A stretch of DNA of 64,000 nucleotides, taken from contig CM114271.1 of the NCBI GenBank assembly GCA_050084515.1, positions 6,138,001 to 6,202,000 of the forward strand. The letters run 5' to 3'. This document shows positions 48,229 to 62,900 of this stretch, piece after piece; position 1 is the stretch's first letter; each line of letters begins with the position of its first letter. The DNA comes from Blasia pusilla (taxonomy: Eukaryota). The notes below the pieces were generated by a model. That model did no database searches. It was given only the letters and a program-made list of their open reading frames with translations, and was not told the origin of the DNA. The position numbers and the translations under genes are program-made.

Positions 48229-51079
48229 GTAGTGAGGCATGATAATTGACCTCCATTCTTGATGGTCAACAAGTTTGGCATGGCACAAGTAACACTATGG
48301 ATGTGGATGAGTTTTCTTGCTTCCTATGCATACAAGGATGACAATCTTAGCTTGGTTTGCGATGATCAAGCACCGTTGTTGGTAAAACCCAATGCTTATG
48401 AGTGTGAGTGGGCTATAAGATTTCCCAAAAATGTGATGACAATATCATCATTTTTAGAGACATCTCAACGCAATGTTCTAGGTCACGTAATGCACATTAA
48501 CTTCTTGACATGGATTTTGAACTTAGGAGTAGTTGAGGAGCCTCAGATTTGGTTGAGACTCAATCAACTCTTAGGCACTTGCCTTTGCAGGTAGTACATG
48601 CAATGGCTGGGGGTGAGGCTTGAGGAGATTCGGAGTGACATCCATGAACTTCTTGGGATGTGATGTATATACATTTAGAGGTGGCAACCACTAGAATTGG
48701 CATGGTGCACGGCTCTATGCATCAAGACAAGTGCAAACTCTTCTATGATCAGATTGAGTACTTGAATCTCATAATATATCCGGATTGACTTGATATCCAA
48801 TAGAAGAATGTAGAGGTTACCTCACTTATTCCATGCCTTAGAGATTTTATTCTAGTTTGCATATTTATTGGATTGGCGAGCTTCCATTGACAAAAGGACA
48901 AGGGATTCAGTCCTCTAAACTTTCCGATAAAGGTGGATCATAAGTGGAATCGAGCATGAGAGAGCATTTCAATTTCTTGGGGCTTTATTGATGTTCATGC
49001 CTTTCTTGAAAAGACCAATTAGGGGGCGTTCTTTAGGGTACAAAATCCATAGGGATTGAAGTATGTTGGGACTTGAAGTGGTGTTCATCCAAAATAATGA
49101 TAAGGGTAGAGAGTTTATACCCTTATCATATATAACTCATATGAGGACGAGTGCTTAGTTCTTCTATGGGTTGCTGCATATTTCATGTGTTCCTAGTTTA
49201 GTAGCCCTATTAGTGTTATCAGTTATAAACAACCATTGAAATGGTTGATGGAGTTGGACAAGCTAATATGGAAACATGCTAAATAGGATCTTTTATTGTA
49301 CGAGTATGATTTTCAAGTGGTGCATGAACTTTGGAGACTTAACTATGATGCACATGGATAAAGTGGTAACCCATGCGTATCATATGCATACACATACCCA
49401 AGTTTGTGTATGCACACTCCATGCCCAAGTTAGCAAGATGGAATTAAAACTCGTTGGCTTCGCGAGATTGATAAAGAGATGGTGCTTGTATGGCACACAA
49501 CCATCGATTTGAGTTTTTTGGCCATGGAGGGCCATGTAACATTAACTTCAATGATAGGATCATATGGAAAGTCCTTAGATATGAAGTGTAGTGAGGAGAT
49601 GATATATGGCCAAGATATCGTGGAGGATGCCGATAGTCTTCGACTACATACACACTAGAAGCATAACAAGCATAATCAGTGAGAGCGGGATAAGATCCTA
49701 CGATGAGCTGGACATTTCAAATTTGAGGGGTTTGGAAAGAAGTAGAATACAAGTGATGGCTCATCCTTTACAAAGAGCAAGATTGGTGCTTTATGCCCAC
49801 AAGGAATCAAGGAGTTGGTTTGTAATTGGGTTTGAACATTGTTCGATGCAATTGCATCCACTAGCAATCATGGGTTAGGCTATTGATGGAATTCATATTT
49901 CTTACGGCCTTTACCATTGATGAAGCATCATAGTCGATATGTGTCGGTGATGGTCAAGAACTTCTAGATGTCAAAGTGATAGATTTGGTTATATTTCCAA
50001 ATAAAATAAAAGGAGAGAGAGAAGCATATACATTCCTAGATCGAGTGTTAAGTCAGTTTATGCACTCGTGGAGGTATTGACATACCAAGGTACCAAGTTT
50101 TGCGAGTTTTAGGCCTTGTATGATCTCTAATCGAGCGTTGATCAATCATTACATCACTTCTTGAGATCATCACGAGACAAATGGGCTAGCGTAGCGAGTT
50201 TTCTAGATCATAAGGAGGGGTTCGCACAAGTGTGGCTTATAGATAGGTCTCTAGAGGATTGGTACCTACCATTTCTGTGGTGGGTGATGGGTTACAATTC
50301 TAGTAGGAAAAAATTCTTGACATCCTTTTCACCTTATTTTTTGCTTATGGATAAGAGCCCAATTTAGCTGCGGCCACTCATCATGATGTTGGTGATGTAT
50401 TGAAACTTCATGATCCTTGTGTATGGATACAAGCATACTTTCAACGGACTAAGAAATTTCACAGAGTTCCGCCTATGATATTCGAGAACTTGGAAGTAAC
50501 ACAACATTGGGACACGTTGAGGTATGTGACTATTAAGGAAGGAGGCTATCAACCGATAATCTTGAGGTTTCATCAAGGATAATATCTCTACTTGTAGCAC
50601 ATGTCACCCACAACCTTGGATGTTCTAATAGAATGCACTATTTTGAGAATGCATCAGGTGATGTCATCTTATATCTTCTTGTAAGAGGGATGTGATAGTA
50701 TGATATTAAAGGACCATGCGGGTAATTATGTGTCATACCACCTTTCTAAACATTGATAAGATAGTTCACCCAAGTTTGGTAGTAGTACTTGCACGATTGC
50801 GATACATATTACGTGGATTTGCTAGAGGTGCAACCACCATGCTCGTCTATGATGAATATTGGAGAGGGTCACATAAGGTATGTGTGATGCCACCTCTTGC
50901 TAGGATTCCTGATGGACGATGGATGTGTTAGACATGTATATAGGGTAGGTATCCACTATCATTAAAACTAGCTCTCTCATGTTACCATAAGCCTCAACAC
51001 ATCATCTTCAACCTTATGAAGATATCCTCCGATCTCCTTGAAGACATCCTAATGATATTCTTCAAATTTTTGTAAAAAA

Positions 51080-52100
51080 CGTGACACACGCAGTAGACAT
51101 GTTGATACGAGGAAATGGAATGCCTACTTGATCAAGAAAGGATCCCAAAGTAACAATGCAAATTAATGGGTGTATTCCTTAAATTCCACAATATATATAC
51201 CATTATATATTGATGATCTTCAAGTGCTCGGAGGGAGCTTACACATTTTAAGGAGTGTGAAGAAAATTATGTGTCACAATTTTTAGATGGTCGATATGGG
51301 TCCAACAAAGTGGCTATCAGGGATTCAAAATTCAGAAAGACAGTTGAATACGTTTGAGTCAAATAAATTATATATGGAATATCCATGTGAGGTACAATAT
51401 GCAAGATTGTAAGCATTTATCAACACTTGTTGATCCTAGCTGCAAACTCAACAACGATATGGGAGCCCTATGTCAAAGTGTTGGAGGGAGAGTCATTGAT
51501 CTTTCCCATGGTTCATACGATTGTAGATTTAGCTTATCCAATTGGTGCCTCGGCCAAGTATACCAACAAACCTACAATAGAACATTGGAGATGTTCGAAG
51601 AGAATATTCAACTATTTGCATGGCACAATAAGTACATACTTGGAATACATGCATAAAGACAAACTATCACTCTTGAAAGGATACTCATATACAAGTTGGG
51701 GGGACGGTTTAGATGAAAGAAAATAAACAAGTGGATTATCTTTTTATTAAGTGACGGATGGTTTATTGGTGCAACAAGAAGCATAGTGATAGGGACTGCA
51801 AAGATTGTTGCAAACTCTACTACTATGGCCGAATATATGGCAAGTTCTCATGCTGCCTATGAGGTGCTCTGGTTGAGGTGCCTTTAGAATGACCTTGGAT
51901 ATGTATAAGACTCCTACAACCCTATAGGTTCATAACGAAGGAAGTACTATCCTGGCAATAACCATGTCCATCATCCTAGAACAATATATATTGACATCGT
52001 GATTTCTATGATGTCCAACACAACACACAACATAGCAGTTGATGTCCCAACCAAATCTCTATCTAACAACAAGCATAGAAAGCTCATTAAGTGGGATTGT
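51080..52100 (+). pseudogene. Ty1/Copia RT and RNase H remnant
   Basis: YIDDL, DMGPTKWLSGIQ, DLAYPIG...HWRCSKRIFNYL, KGYSYTSWGDGLDERK*TSG, STTMAEYMASSHAAYEVLWL; many stop codons. Confidence 0.85.
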
Positions 52101-52679
52101 TGAAAGATGTTATAGTTTATTTAGTCGTGCCCTAAATCTAGGTAGCTAGTTACTAACTTAGAGCTCTGCCATCTTTTAGAATAATCTCAAGTAGCGGTTA
52201 TCCTCCATCATCTACTTAGGGTTAGCATCGATTAAGAAGATTTAAGGGTCATATATGCCCTCCCCAATATTCAAAATCTATGCTAAGAGTTTAATAATTA
52301 TGTTGTAACTTTTGATGAGAACTCCAAGGGCTCTGGGTGTGTAAGGGCTATGTTGAAATTTGTTAATATCTAGTTTAGTCATGCCCTAAAAGTAGTTAGT
52401 CAAATACTAACTTAGTTGGATACTGATTTAGTTGGCTAGAGATAACTTAGTGTTCCTCTATCTTTTTAGGGTGACCTTGATTTAGGACAATTCTCGAGTT
52501 AGGGCTGACCACCATCTGATATTTAGGGTATGGGTCTGTTCAAGAAATTCTAAGGGCTAGAAGTGCTCAACCTCATGTATATAATGTCTCTCTTTAGAGA
52601 GCAAAAGCTAATTCTACAGTATGCACAGTATTGATAAGGACTCGTGAGACTGTTGATGTGTAGGGCAACATTGGCCCAA

Positions 52680-53450
52680 CTGCAGTGTGATCTGAGAGTA
52701 GGAAGAGGAGATTGAGACTAAGTTCTGTGTTTACTAGTGCCTCATTGGAAGGCAGGTCGTTTAGTTTAGATAGCTGATGAAGACTATTTGTGCTCAAGTG
52801 TTGTGAGCCATGTGTGACCTTTGAACTGGTGACTTATGAAGATCTATGTTGTGAGTGCAAGGTGTGACTATGTAGAATCCTTCTTAGTATCTGTTAGATA
52901 ATAAGAAGAGTCACATCATGGTAAGGCTCTGATTTGGCAGATGAGTTAGGAACTGATTTGTTAATTGTATACAAGCTGAAAGCATGGATGGTTTAGCTGA
53001 TGCCACTTCTGACTTTGTGAAAGGAGATACTTCTGCTGGTCAATCTTTTTCTCAGGCTGCATTGGCCTTGTGATCTGAGAGAAAGAAAGAAGAGATTGAG
53101 ACTAGGTTCTATGTATGCTAAAGGTGCACTGCTCCATGATCTGAGAGAAAGGAAAGGAGGCTGAGACTGAGTTCTATGTATGCTAGAGGTTCACTGGAAG
53201 GCAAGTCATTTTGTCCAAATAGCTAATGGAGATTGTTCGGGATGTGGTGAGAGCCATTTGAGGGATGTGTATTGTGAGTGCAAGGTGTGACTATGTAAAA
53301 TCCTCTAGAGAATTTGATAGTCACACTAAGATAGGGACCAAGCTAGTAAAGAGAACTCGGAACTGATTTGCTGATTGTGCACACTGAAATCTTGGATGGG
53401 TTAGCTGACACTAGTTTTGATTTTACACAAGAAGATAGGTCTGCTGATCT
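52680..53450 (+). repeat. Local diverged duplication (~350-450 bp period) with a ~50-bp unit occurring three times
   Basis: gatctgagag...agactaagttct recurs near 52689, 53072 and 53138; ttgtgagtgcaaggtgtgactatgta occurs near 52849 and 53272. Confidence 0.75.
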
Positions 53451-53955
53451 ACCTTTTCATCATTTTCAAGAGTCAAAATTTGCTCTTTGTATCTCCAAAT
53501 GTGATAGGCCACACATACATGAATCTGGTCAGCCCCTCAAGATTGTACCCTCTCTACAGAATACAGATGAGGACAAAAACGTTATAAGCTTCTTTTCAAT
53601 TCTATGGATCTTAGTACACCCATGAAAGTGCTTTTTTATATCATCATTTCACTAAAAATTTTCAAGACAGTAGGCTACTCCTTCACTAAAACTCTTGATG
53701 AGCATCCCACCTGGTAGAGAAATAGGTGTTGCACGGCTCTCAGGACTGGTCTTTGTCAATGCTTCTGGCGAGTCATCAATTGACGATTGATTTTTCATTT
53801 GCTGAGGCGTTCTCTGCAGTTACTGTACATACTTTTTGCACCAGCTAGAGAAATTTTCCTGAAAGCTCTTGCATGTAGGCAGTTGGGATTCATCATTGGA
53901 TTTCCCACAGAGGAGGAAAAGTCCCAATTTAAACTTCCACTGAAGAAGAAAAACT

Positions 53956-56900
53956 TTACAATAAACCACCTGAAAGTGGGGTCACAAAGAAGTGCTTCAT
54001 GAGAGAACTCTGACTACTAAGCTTCTTTCTTGGTAACCCAGTTTTCAGAAGTCTAGGACCTACCGACTTAGGCTGCTCAACGAACCTGACCACCAAATGG
54101 CCATCAAGTTCTAGGCTGTGTAACAGCTCTCGTGCACTCTGGAATCATCCACCACAATTCATATGTCAGACTAAAGAAGACATTTCCAACATCTGAAGAG
54201 AAAATCTCAATACAATACAGTTTCTTTCACTAAATTGGAGACTTCAAATAACATTACTTCTTCAATGATAGCCAGCAGAAGGGTCTCAGACCTTTCAGCA
54301 TCTGAAGAGAAAATATCAGTACAATACAGTTTCTTTCACTAAACGAGAGACTTCAAATAACATTGCTTCTTCAATGACAGCCAGCTGAAGGGTCTCAGAC
54401 CCCGCAGTTTCTCAAGCATCCCAACCAGCAATATTATCCACCCATTACACTTGCATAGGGCATATAAGAAAGACACGTACCTCAGGGTTCAGAACATTTA
54501 ACTGCTCTATAAGCATGTCCTGGAAGTCCCACGAGAAGTACAGTGTAAGTAAAGTTTACAGTCATGCCACACTTACCTCCACTCATTTACAACTTTTAGG
54601 TGGCTCAGGTACTCTGAGTATTTCACAGTTACAAAGTTATTCATTTACGGGGAGCATAAGGCCAGAACCAAGGGATTTTCATTGAGACATATGCACTGCA
54701 TTCTGTACAGAAATCAGCTAGAAACTATTTTGAATTAGAATTAATAGTATTTGCTCCTCCCTGATCCAGTATAGTGAGGAAGATAGGTGAGAATAGATAG
54801 TTATAACTACAGTACAGACAGCCGTTTTTGGGGAATAAGTTATTCAGCTCCCTATTCTAGCTATATCTTAGGGTTTCTTTTAGGGCAGTCTCCATCTAGC
54901 TGCGCACCCTTTGGCTGCCCCCTTTCCCATCTCTCTTCAGCTCTTCCAAGCCTCTAGAGTATATCTTCCGAGCTTATTGCCTTGTTCAGCTAGTGCTAAT
55001 CCACTCTATGGTAAAGCACTCACTTGCCACTGGCATGCTGCTGCAGAAGGGTACTGAATCAAAATTGAGTGTTCATCTCGTTTTTTGGCCGAGTCTCCTG
55101 TGTATGAGCTTGTTATTGGTTGTATTCCAACTACTCTTTGTCCCAAGGTTAGATGAAGTATCTATTTTCTGTCTGCTGAAAGGTTGAGGGTGGAGTCGTG
55201 CAGGGAAGTAGCCTAAACGTGGCCTTGAGCCTCCTATTATCGGTGTATTACTTACAATGTGTTTTTTAGCCTTTTGACCCTTTGGGTCCCATGGGCTTGA
55301 TTCATTTACCATTTACCATTAGTTGCTGTGAGATTCCATAGTTGGGACCCATCCAGGCTGAAGTTTAATTGGTCTCAACAGTATTTTGATCCCTCAACTA
55401 TCTAGATTCCCAACACACTGCACCAAATTCAACGGTCAATTGAACAGGAAATACATAATAGTACTGAAATCACTGCATCACCCTGAGGACTCTTGTCTGG
55501 CCCACTCTCTCCCAGACCCTGACTGTCCCAACATATATGAAACTGAAACCCAAAACATACTATTCTGGAAAGGAGCCACTGTTTCTTCCTTGTAACTCAA
55601 TAGGTTCCCTCAAGTAAGAATTATGGTACCTCGGGAATACCAGGATGAAGTGTAACAATTCCCATTACCCGCCGAGTAAGGCCCCTCATCATAGACACAT
55701 GTATTTTGCCATATCGATTCAGCCAGGGAACAATTGGAACCTGTTCGTTCAGACTGTTAACATCTCCCTCACGGCGCAATGGGATCACCCGATGTTCATC
55801 ACTCCCTGCAGTGGTAGATGCAGCGGCAGTTGCAGACAAGGGCTGATCTACTCTTGAGATTTTACCATGATCTCCACCAGCACCTTTAAATCTTCTAGAC
55901 TTTTTCACCACCTGAGTTTTTTGGCTTCTCTCATTAGCATCTGAAGTACACAAGGGACTGCTGTAACTTCGTTGACTTTCCTTGTGACCTTCAGGTAGTA
56001 TGTTGAGGTGGAATCGTACACTGCGTGTAAACTCAATTATACGAACATGGTCAAAGGCCTTTACCTGCAAAAAGAACACAACAAAGTTAACAACGCCTGT
56101 ACATGAAGGAAACATGAAGTGCAGAATGAGAAAATACAGGGGACTGGCGGTAACATTTCAGCATTCCACTTGAACAAAATGGAACCAACCCACCAATATA
56201 AGAACAAAGAAGTAACAACCCATAGTTTACCTTTTTCACCAGGTCAAAAGACTCCATGGTCTGTACAGAGTCCTCCAATTTTACCAGATCTTTCTCCCCA
56301 ATGAGTCCTGTGGACACACACACTGTCTCATTTTTCTCTTACCAGCCAAAAAAAGACGTAAGGGTGAATTGGCTACAAAGCAACTATTCTCATTTCTAAG
56401 CGAGCCTTAGCCCTAATTATGATGTCTACAAAACTCTGACAAAGGGTAACCTAAACCAGCAGAAATCAAGAAGGTGATGGATAGTAAAATTTAGTGGAAC
56501 TGGTACCACTTGTCTTCAGAACTTTGGCTAGAGCCTCAAAAGTCAGCCCTTCTTCACCAGCTTGCTCCACAGCATGATAAGCTTCTTTTAGAACCTCAGA
56601 ACTTAGATGAGTGGGCGGCTTATTCTCATCTACACCAGATTTCAGAGACTTGGAATGCCAGTAAGTTAAACAGTCATCCAAGTTTGACCTGGTAGATGCA
56701 CCACATGTGGCCGTGCATGCAACTCCCAAAATTCCTTCAGACAAGGCTGGAATGCTTTCATCAGCAACTGAAATCTTGCTTACACTGTGTTTCCCATATG
56801 AAGACAGGGCAGGAATTCCAGCATCCTCTACAGTAGTTGCATTGACGGGATCAATCATGGTCCGATCCAGAGTAGGTGTCTGCTTTTGAATGTTGTCTCC

Positions 56901-59900
56901 ATTAAACCCTTTGTCCGTACTCATCAACGTGTTTGTAGAGAAAGACATGCAAGCTCTTTCGGATCCACTCACATAAGTATCTAAGATAGCTGCTACTGAT
57001 CTACCTGAGCGAGTCAAAGATACCTCTATGCCTGGAAAGCCCCTTTCCCTTCTCTCGCACACCCAGTTGGTGGAATATGGTGACTCTGTTCTGGATTTGA
57101 CATTCCGAAAATCCTCGCCTATTCTTTGTGCAGCTGCCTTTCGCTTGCCCTTCTCCTCAACTTCACCAATGTCATTAGATGGTAAAGAAGGGTTTAGACA
57201 AAACTCTTCCGTGGAAACTAAGGCCAGCAAATGTGAGAGTTGACCAGACTGCTGTTGAGGAGGCAAAGGCACCCAGCCCTTGTCAATCTCTTCCATATGC
57301 ACGTATAGCCATTTCTGGGATGATAGCCACTCATCACCAGTTCCAACAGGAAAACGAGAAGCTGAACAGTCATGGAAGAATTTCGGAGAAAGTACGAAAG
57401 TGTGTCCAACTTGAGCTGCCACCTGACACAGAAAATCTTCATCAGAATGACAACTGTGCAAGTAAACCAGCATGAGTCACTAACATTGATTCATTGAAAG
57501 ACATGCTGTCACTAACATTGTCCATGTGAAAGAGCTGAGTCCAATTTCCACTATAGCTAACCATGTCTCTTGGTATCATAGGATCTATGCATAGACATTT
57601 CAGGTACAAGCAGGATAGCGACAGACCAGTAATCCTTGTTCACGAAGAAACTTGACAGCAGTGAACACCTCAGCCTCTTTCAACCGTTGGACTGCATCAA
57701 CTAATGGGCCAGATAACTCCGTCTCTTCTATGCTGTTCAGCAACACCAGTTTCACTAGCTCAACAGCATTCGATATACCAACAGAGTTTCGTACCAGCTG
57801 TTCACTGGTCATTTCATGTACAGCCAATGACTTTCGCAAAATATTAGGGACTTGTTTGCGGACCCTACGTGTTGGACCTGCTGCAGTAAGTAAACGAGCA
57901 GGGATTAACCCACTTCCATGAGGATTCATCTCTTCGTCAGAAGTTGTGGAATCCTTGGTAGCCGTAACATTGAAGCTAGTACCTGAATCTGTAGTAGAGT
58001 ACATCTGTGGGTATGTCATCAAAGATGCAGCCCTAGCTGCTGCAACAGCTTGGAGGCTTCTGCTTAGATTACTGGAGAACGACGATGGTATAGCCGGGTA
58101 TCCACTTCTTAAATCTTCCACAACCACAGGGTCACCATCACAACTAGATGCTGAAATAGGTGTTCTACGTGAAGTCTTTGTTGTCTTCATCACCCCAGAA
58201 TTACCACGTTTGCTTACAGTTGATTTGGCAACATTCTTGCAACGTATAACCTCATCAAGTGCTGCTGCAAGGAATGGTTCACTCATATCTGCCCAATCCC
58301 CATCGTCTGTCCCAGTATCATGTCTGTCTAAGCCACTCGGAACATTTCCACACATGTCTTCAATTTTACTTTCCTTCCGTCTTTCGGTCAGAGAATGGTG
58401 AGAGTCGGCAGTTGCCAATCCAGAGTCTGAAACAGATCCAGCTGGAGGAGAAATACAAGAGGGTTTACCTCCAGCGTCCAAAGATTTCGTAGTCTGCAAC
58501 TCGCATCTTCTAAGATAACGGGCTGCAACTAGAGAGCACAAGCTCATTACTGCTTTTCGTACACCAAGGTCTTGTCTTAGCTGGGCCATCCTCCGCCGAC
58601 ATGCTACTGCCGTTGCAGGAAGATTTTCCATTGTACTCCAATCAACTCGTGGATACATGACGCCTAGCATGGCTCGTTGCCTTGCATACGCAGTGATCAA
58701 AAGCCTGTAAGACCACCAGTAACCTCCATCAATGCCCCAATTCCACCCATGCATGCTAAACTTGGATGCATCAGCCCACATTTAGTCCTATACATTTCTG
58801 CCAAACCTCAATATCCAGATGCTTCCCCACTCCCACATACCAGTATCATACACTCAAGTACACAATAGTAGCCTAAATTTCAAGCCTAATAAGCCAGCAT
58901 ATGTCAACGATCCTTGCTATTACCGGTCTAATTTCTCCGACCACAAGAATCTTCTTGAACGTAGTCGAGAGGGCTTCAAATTGGCTACAAAACTGAAATC
59001 ATTCATCGGCTGTTGATTACTGCCTTCATTCTCTTCTTCATCATCATCATCTTCCACATCATGATCTGCTTGGCCACCTTCCTCAACTCCTGTATGAGAC
59101 TTGTCACGCTTCTCCTCTGTTACTGACTCCAAGGCTAGAACATCATCTAGTTGTAATCGTCGTTGCTTCTTGTAAGCCTTTACATGAGAAGGCTCAGCAA
59201 GGTCATCTGAAGCAACAGTGCGCTTCCTCAAAGTTTGGCCTGTTTTTTGCAATGTCTGAAGACGGAATACTCTATTCTTTTCATAAGAAACTCGGAGGAC
59301 CTGTGCTACAAACCAAAACAAGAGAATGAATTCCTCTCTGAACTCCACAAAAAGAATGGTCTCAAATAAAAGTAAACCAATGAAAAAATGGAGATTTGGC
59401 AGCTTTCCTGTAACAATATAGAAACAAGAAGGCATCTCAATTAACAAGAAATGCCTACTTAATCCTGTTGACAAGGATACCCAGAAGTGTAAGAGGGGAA
59501 TTATGTACATCAATATCAATTCCAAATCTTGAGACCTGGCAGGAAACATCCATAGCCAAAAATTTCCACCCTGACAAGTGATTTACATTAAATTACAACC
59601 ACTAGACCTCATCTTCTTGCAGGCTCCTGTAACTTCAGGTGAACCATACAGCAACTCAAACACAACTACTACACTTTCAAAGGTACATGGCAATTACAAG
59701 GCATCCATGATAAAGAATTTGAGTTTCAGTTCCAGACTGAGTAGTGAAGTAAGAGAGAAGACCTGCTCCAAACTCAAATTCAGCTCCTTTGCAATCTTAA
59801 CACATTCCTGCGCAGATTTTCGTGTCTCCATGCCTCCTGCACCTACCCGTTTGAGCAGCTCCGAGCGCTGATCAACACTCATAATACGGAGAGAAGTCCA

Positions 59901-62900
59901 TGACCGCAGCCCAAACAACTGTGGGAGCCAAACAAGAAGATGATCTATGATTTAAGTGACAATGTAACCTCAATACCCAGCATCATCTTCAGTTCTAAAG
60001 GCATCATTGTATTCAGTGAAAGTTAATTTCTAGTCTAAAGAGTAGTTACTATCGATATTGCCCATTCACTTGACACTCCACAGCCTTGGACAGTTCTCCA
60101 ACTTCCCATGAGGATAAATCTGGTACAAAATGAATTCAGTTTACAGGTCATCCACAGCTAATATCTGATAGCCAGATACCAGCATTTCCAGCTTGGGCCC
60201 ACGATTCCACTTGAGAACGTAAGCAAAATTACCTCTGGTACATTAGAACCTGGAAAAGCAAGCCGGGCAATTGCTGTTTGTGCTCCTGAGTAGAAGTACT
60301 CGAGAGTTTGCCAATATGCATCCAATCCATCCCTGTTGACAATATTAAATTCATGCCTTGCCCGTGGGGAAAGGTCGTAAGTATCAAGACTGAAAGATGG
60401 AAGAGGATTGGGTGCTGGTTCTTCAATATAAGGTTCCCTTTCCATGGCATAAGTGAGGATAGCTGAGAGTGAGAACTTCCCAAGGTCTTCAGTATCTTGT
60501 GCTCCAGGTCCACAACCCATCACAAGCCTGACCAACTTTCCACCGACACGTACAAGTTATTTTTAAAACAAGACTCCAATTGCATTGGTGATTCTAGGAT
60601 ATGCCCAACTCAATCAGTTGACAAAACATCTAAAGCTCATGGTCACTCACCACATGCAATTGCAAACCTCAAATGTGCACTCTGTACATCTCCCCATCAC
60701 CTCTGGTAGGAAGGAGCATGATCATGAAGAGCTAAAATGAGAGAGTTTTGTTTCTATATACTTTCACAGTTTCAAATAGCTTCTCAGGTTAAAACTTCAT
60801 ACCTTCAACCTACGAAGGACATCAACGAGCCAAGAAAGTCTTCCTGTGGCATTGGAATCAAGAATTATTTTAACATCTTCCTTTGGCAAGTCACAAAGAC
60901 GTAGTCCTTGCTTACACCACTCCTTTGTATGCTCGAGTCTATACGTCGAACCAATAATTTGCAGAAATAGCTCTAGCGGCATTGTCTGTACAGCATTAGC
61001 TAGGCCAAAAATTCTGCAGCTGCCCACCATCTCCCCAGATGATTCAGAGCCATCAAGGACCCGCATCTGTGAATCAGGAAGACTGTTCACATATCCCCAC
61101 AAAAAGTAGTGCAGCATGCTTACGCGGACCATCTTAGCAGGGATGAACCCATTAGCTTGCATTGACCAACCACCATCATTTGGGGCCTCAAACTTTGATG
61201 TGGTTTGTTTTGCATGCACTGGTTTTTGCATTCTTTTCACACCTGTAAGGACAGGAACATCATCTTTTCTCCTCACTCGAGAAATACCATGTCCCCTGGA
61301 CTCCATATCAAACTTCCTCACACGATCATGAACTTTACTTAGCAACTCTGGATCCACATCGATAGACGGAAGAAGCACAACCTCGGTGTTGCGCTGTCGA
61401 CCACAATTTGTGAGACCAGGCATGCTTAGCAGGACACATTTGCAAAGTCCCTCGCGCTGAAACGCCTGAAGGATACGAGATAGTGTTTTTCGGTCCATCA
61501 CTGTGTCTTTCCGATTTTCCACCCCCTCCAACCACTTGTGGAGCTCCACCCGCAAGACAAACTTCTCTGCCTGTGAACAGATAATTATTCAGTGAATATT
61601 TATAAATGTATGCATACTCGATGCAGGAGGAGGGCTAAACAAAGATTGGATTGAGTTCACTTTCTCTAATAAAGTAAGTGAAATCTGTGGCTTACAACCA
61701 TGAAATCCTGAAATTCTATTTCAATGCCACTTTCACAGTAATCCAAAAGTGGTGCTCTAATGTTTCTCTTCACAAACATTCTAGCACTCCTAATAGAGAG
61801 ATGTGAGTGGCTTTGGACTCTTGGAGGCGGAGTGAAAGCCGATGGCTGAAGGCGAATTGTGAGTCTTGCGGTGCGAGCGTGGGCACCGAAGACGGACGCA
61901 GACAGAAGGACGGAGAGGGTGAAAGAGGAGACTTTAGTAGGCACAATTTTCCTAGAGACTCACCTGAAGCTTCTCCAATATACGCTGCTCTCTTTGAGCC
62001 CGTGTAGTTGTAGTTGACCCTGAACTACCAGAGAAATGTTGGCCTGTTCTGGTGGTTGAAACAGGTGAAGGCGACAAGTTCGGTGGCACTACACAGTCTA
62101 CTTGAAGACCATGGCTCCCACTACCAAGATCATGACTAGGTCCTGCAACATTCGGACCCGTTAAAAATAAAACCTGCCCACCTTTGTCTGTCTCACTTTG
62201 GTCACAATTTCCGAGTCCAATCTCATCTTGCACAGATTCCAAGTTCTTTTCTTTCCTCATTGACTTACTCCCTGATTGTGAAGTCCCATGAGCAGTTTCC
62301 TTAATTACCTTTGGCACAACTTCAAAAGGAAACTCCACACTAACCGAGACGCTTTTGGGGTCTTTGATTAAATCTGAAGTCAGAGGACTGGCAGTTTCTG
62401 CTGGAGGTGCAAATTGATGATCTTCAGCCAATACAATCGCTGATTTCTGTGTAGAGCCACTGGCATTCTCGGCTGTTTTTAGGCGATATAAAGTTGACCT
62501 CTTATGATTTTCAGCCTCAGAAACCAGACACTGCCTTCCTAGCATGGTTGTAACACGTGAGTAGTTGCGTTTGTTCTGTAGACCCAGCCGATTGAACACC
62601 TGCATTCAGCATGGCACAAAAATGATCACTACAATGAAAATCAAATGGCCATAAAGAACATAAAGGGGTGTTTGAGTCTCTTCGACAAAATCCTTCTCAT
62701 CTAGCTGACAAACCTGTTGAAAGTATGTCTGAAAGATGAACAAATGAGATCGGACTCTTCAGTTCTGAGAATTTGAAACAAAAAATGAGCTTTGCAGCCC
62801 CCAAAAGAATACTTTTTAAGGGACAAAAGACATACCTACACTACCAGTAAATGAATGACCCATATTATTATGAATGGTACTAAGTCTGAGGAATAATGCT

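Larger units (their letters stand above)
46700..50945 (+). mobile_element. Old, decayed relative of the DNMT-PHD Gypsy family (DNMT, partial RT/RH, INT, PHD)
   Basis: VIYLVFGGWPCKGQS (47048-47092), LVNVPFLDD, VKPNAYECEWAIRF...QRNVLGHVMHINFLTWILNLG, CKLFYDQIEYL, FENLEVTQHWDTLRY, and a degenerate PHD ending PPLARIPDGRWMC. Confidence 0.85.

Noticed and set aside
52098-52600. Two TGTTGAAA-starting segments as paired Copia LTRs
   Set aside because: Similarity is short and degenerate, and no ends or TSD can be defined.
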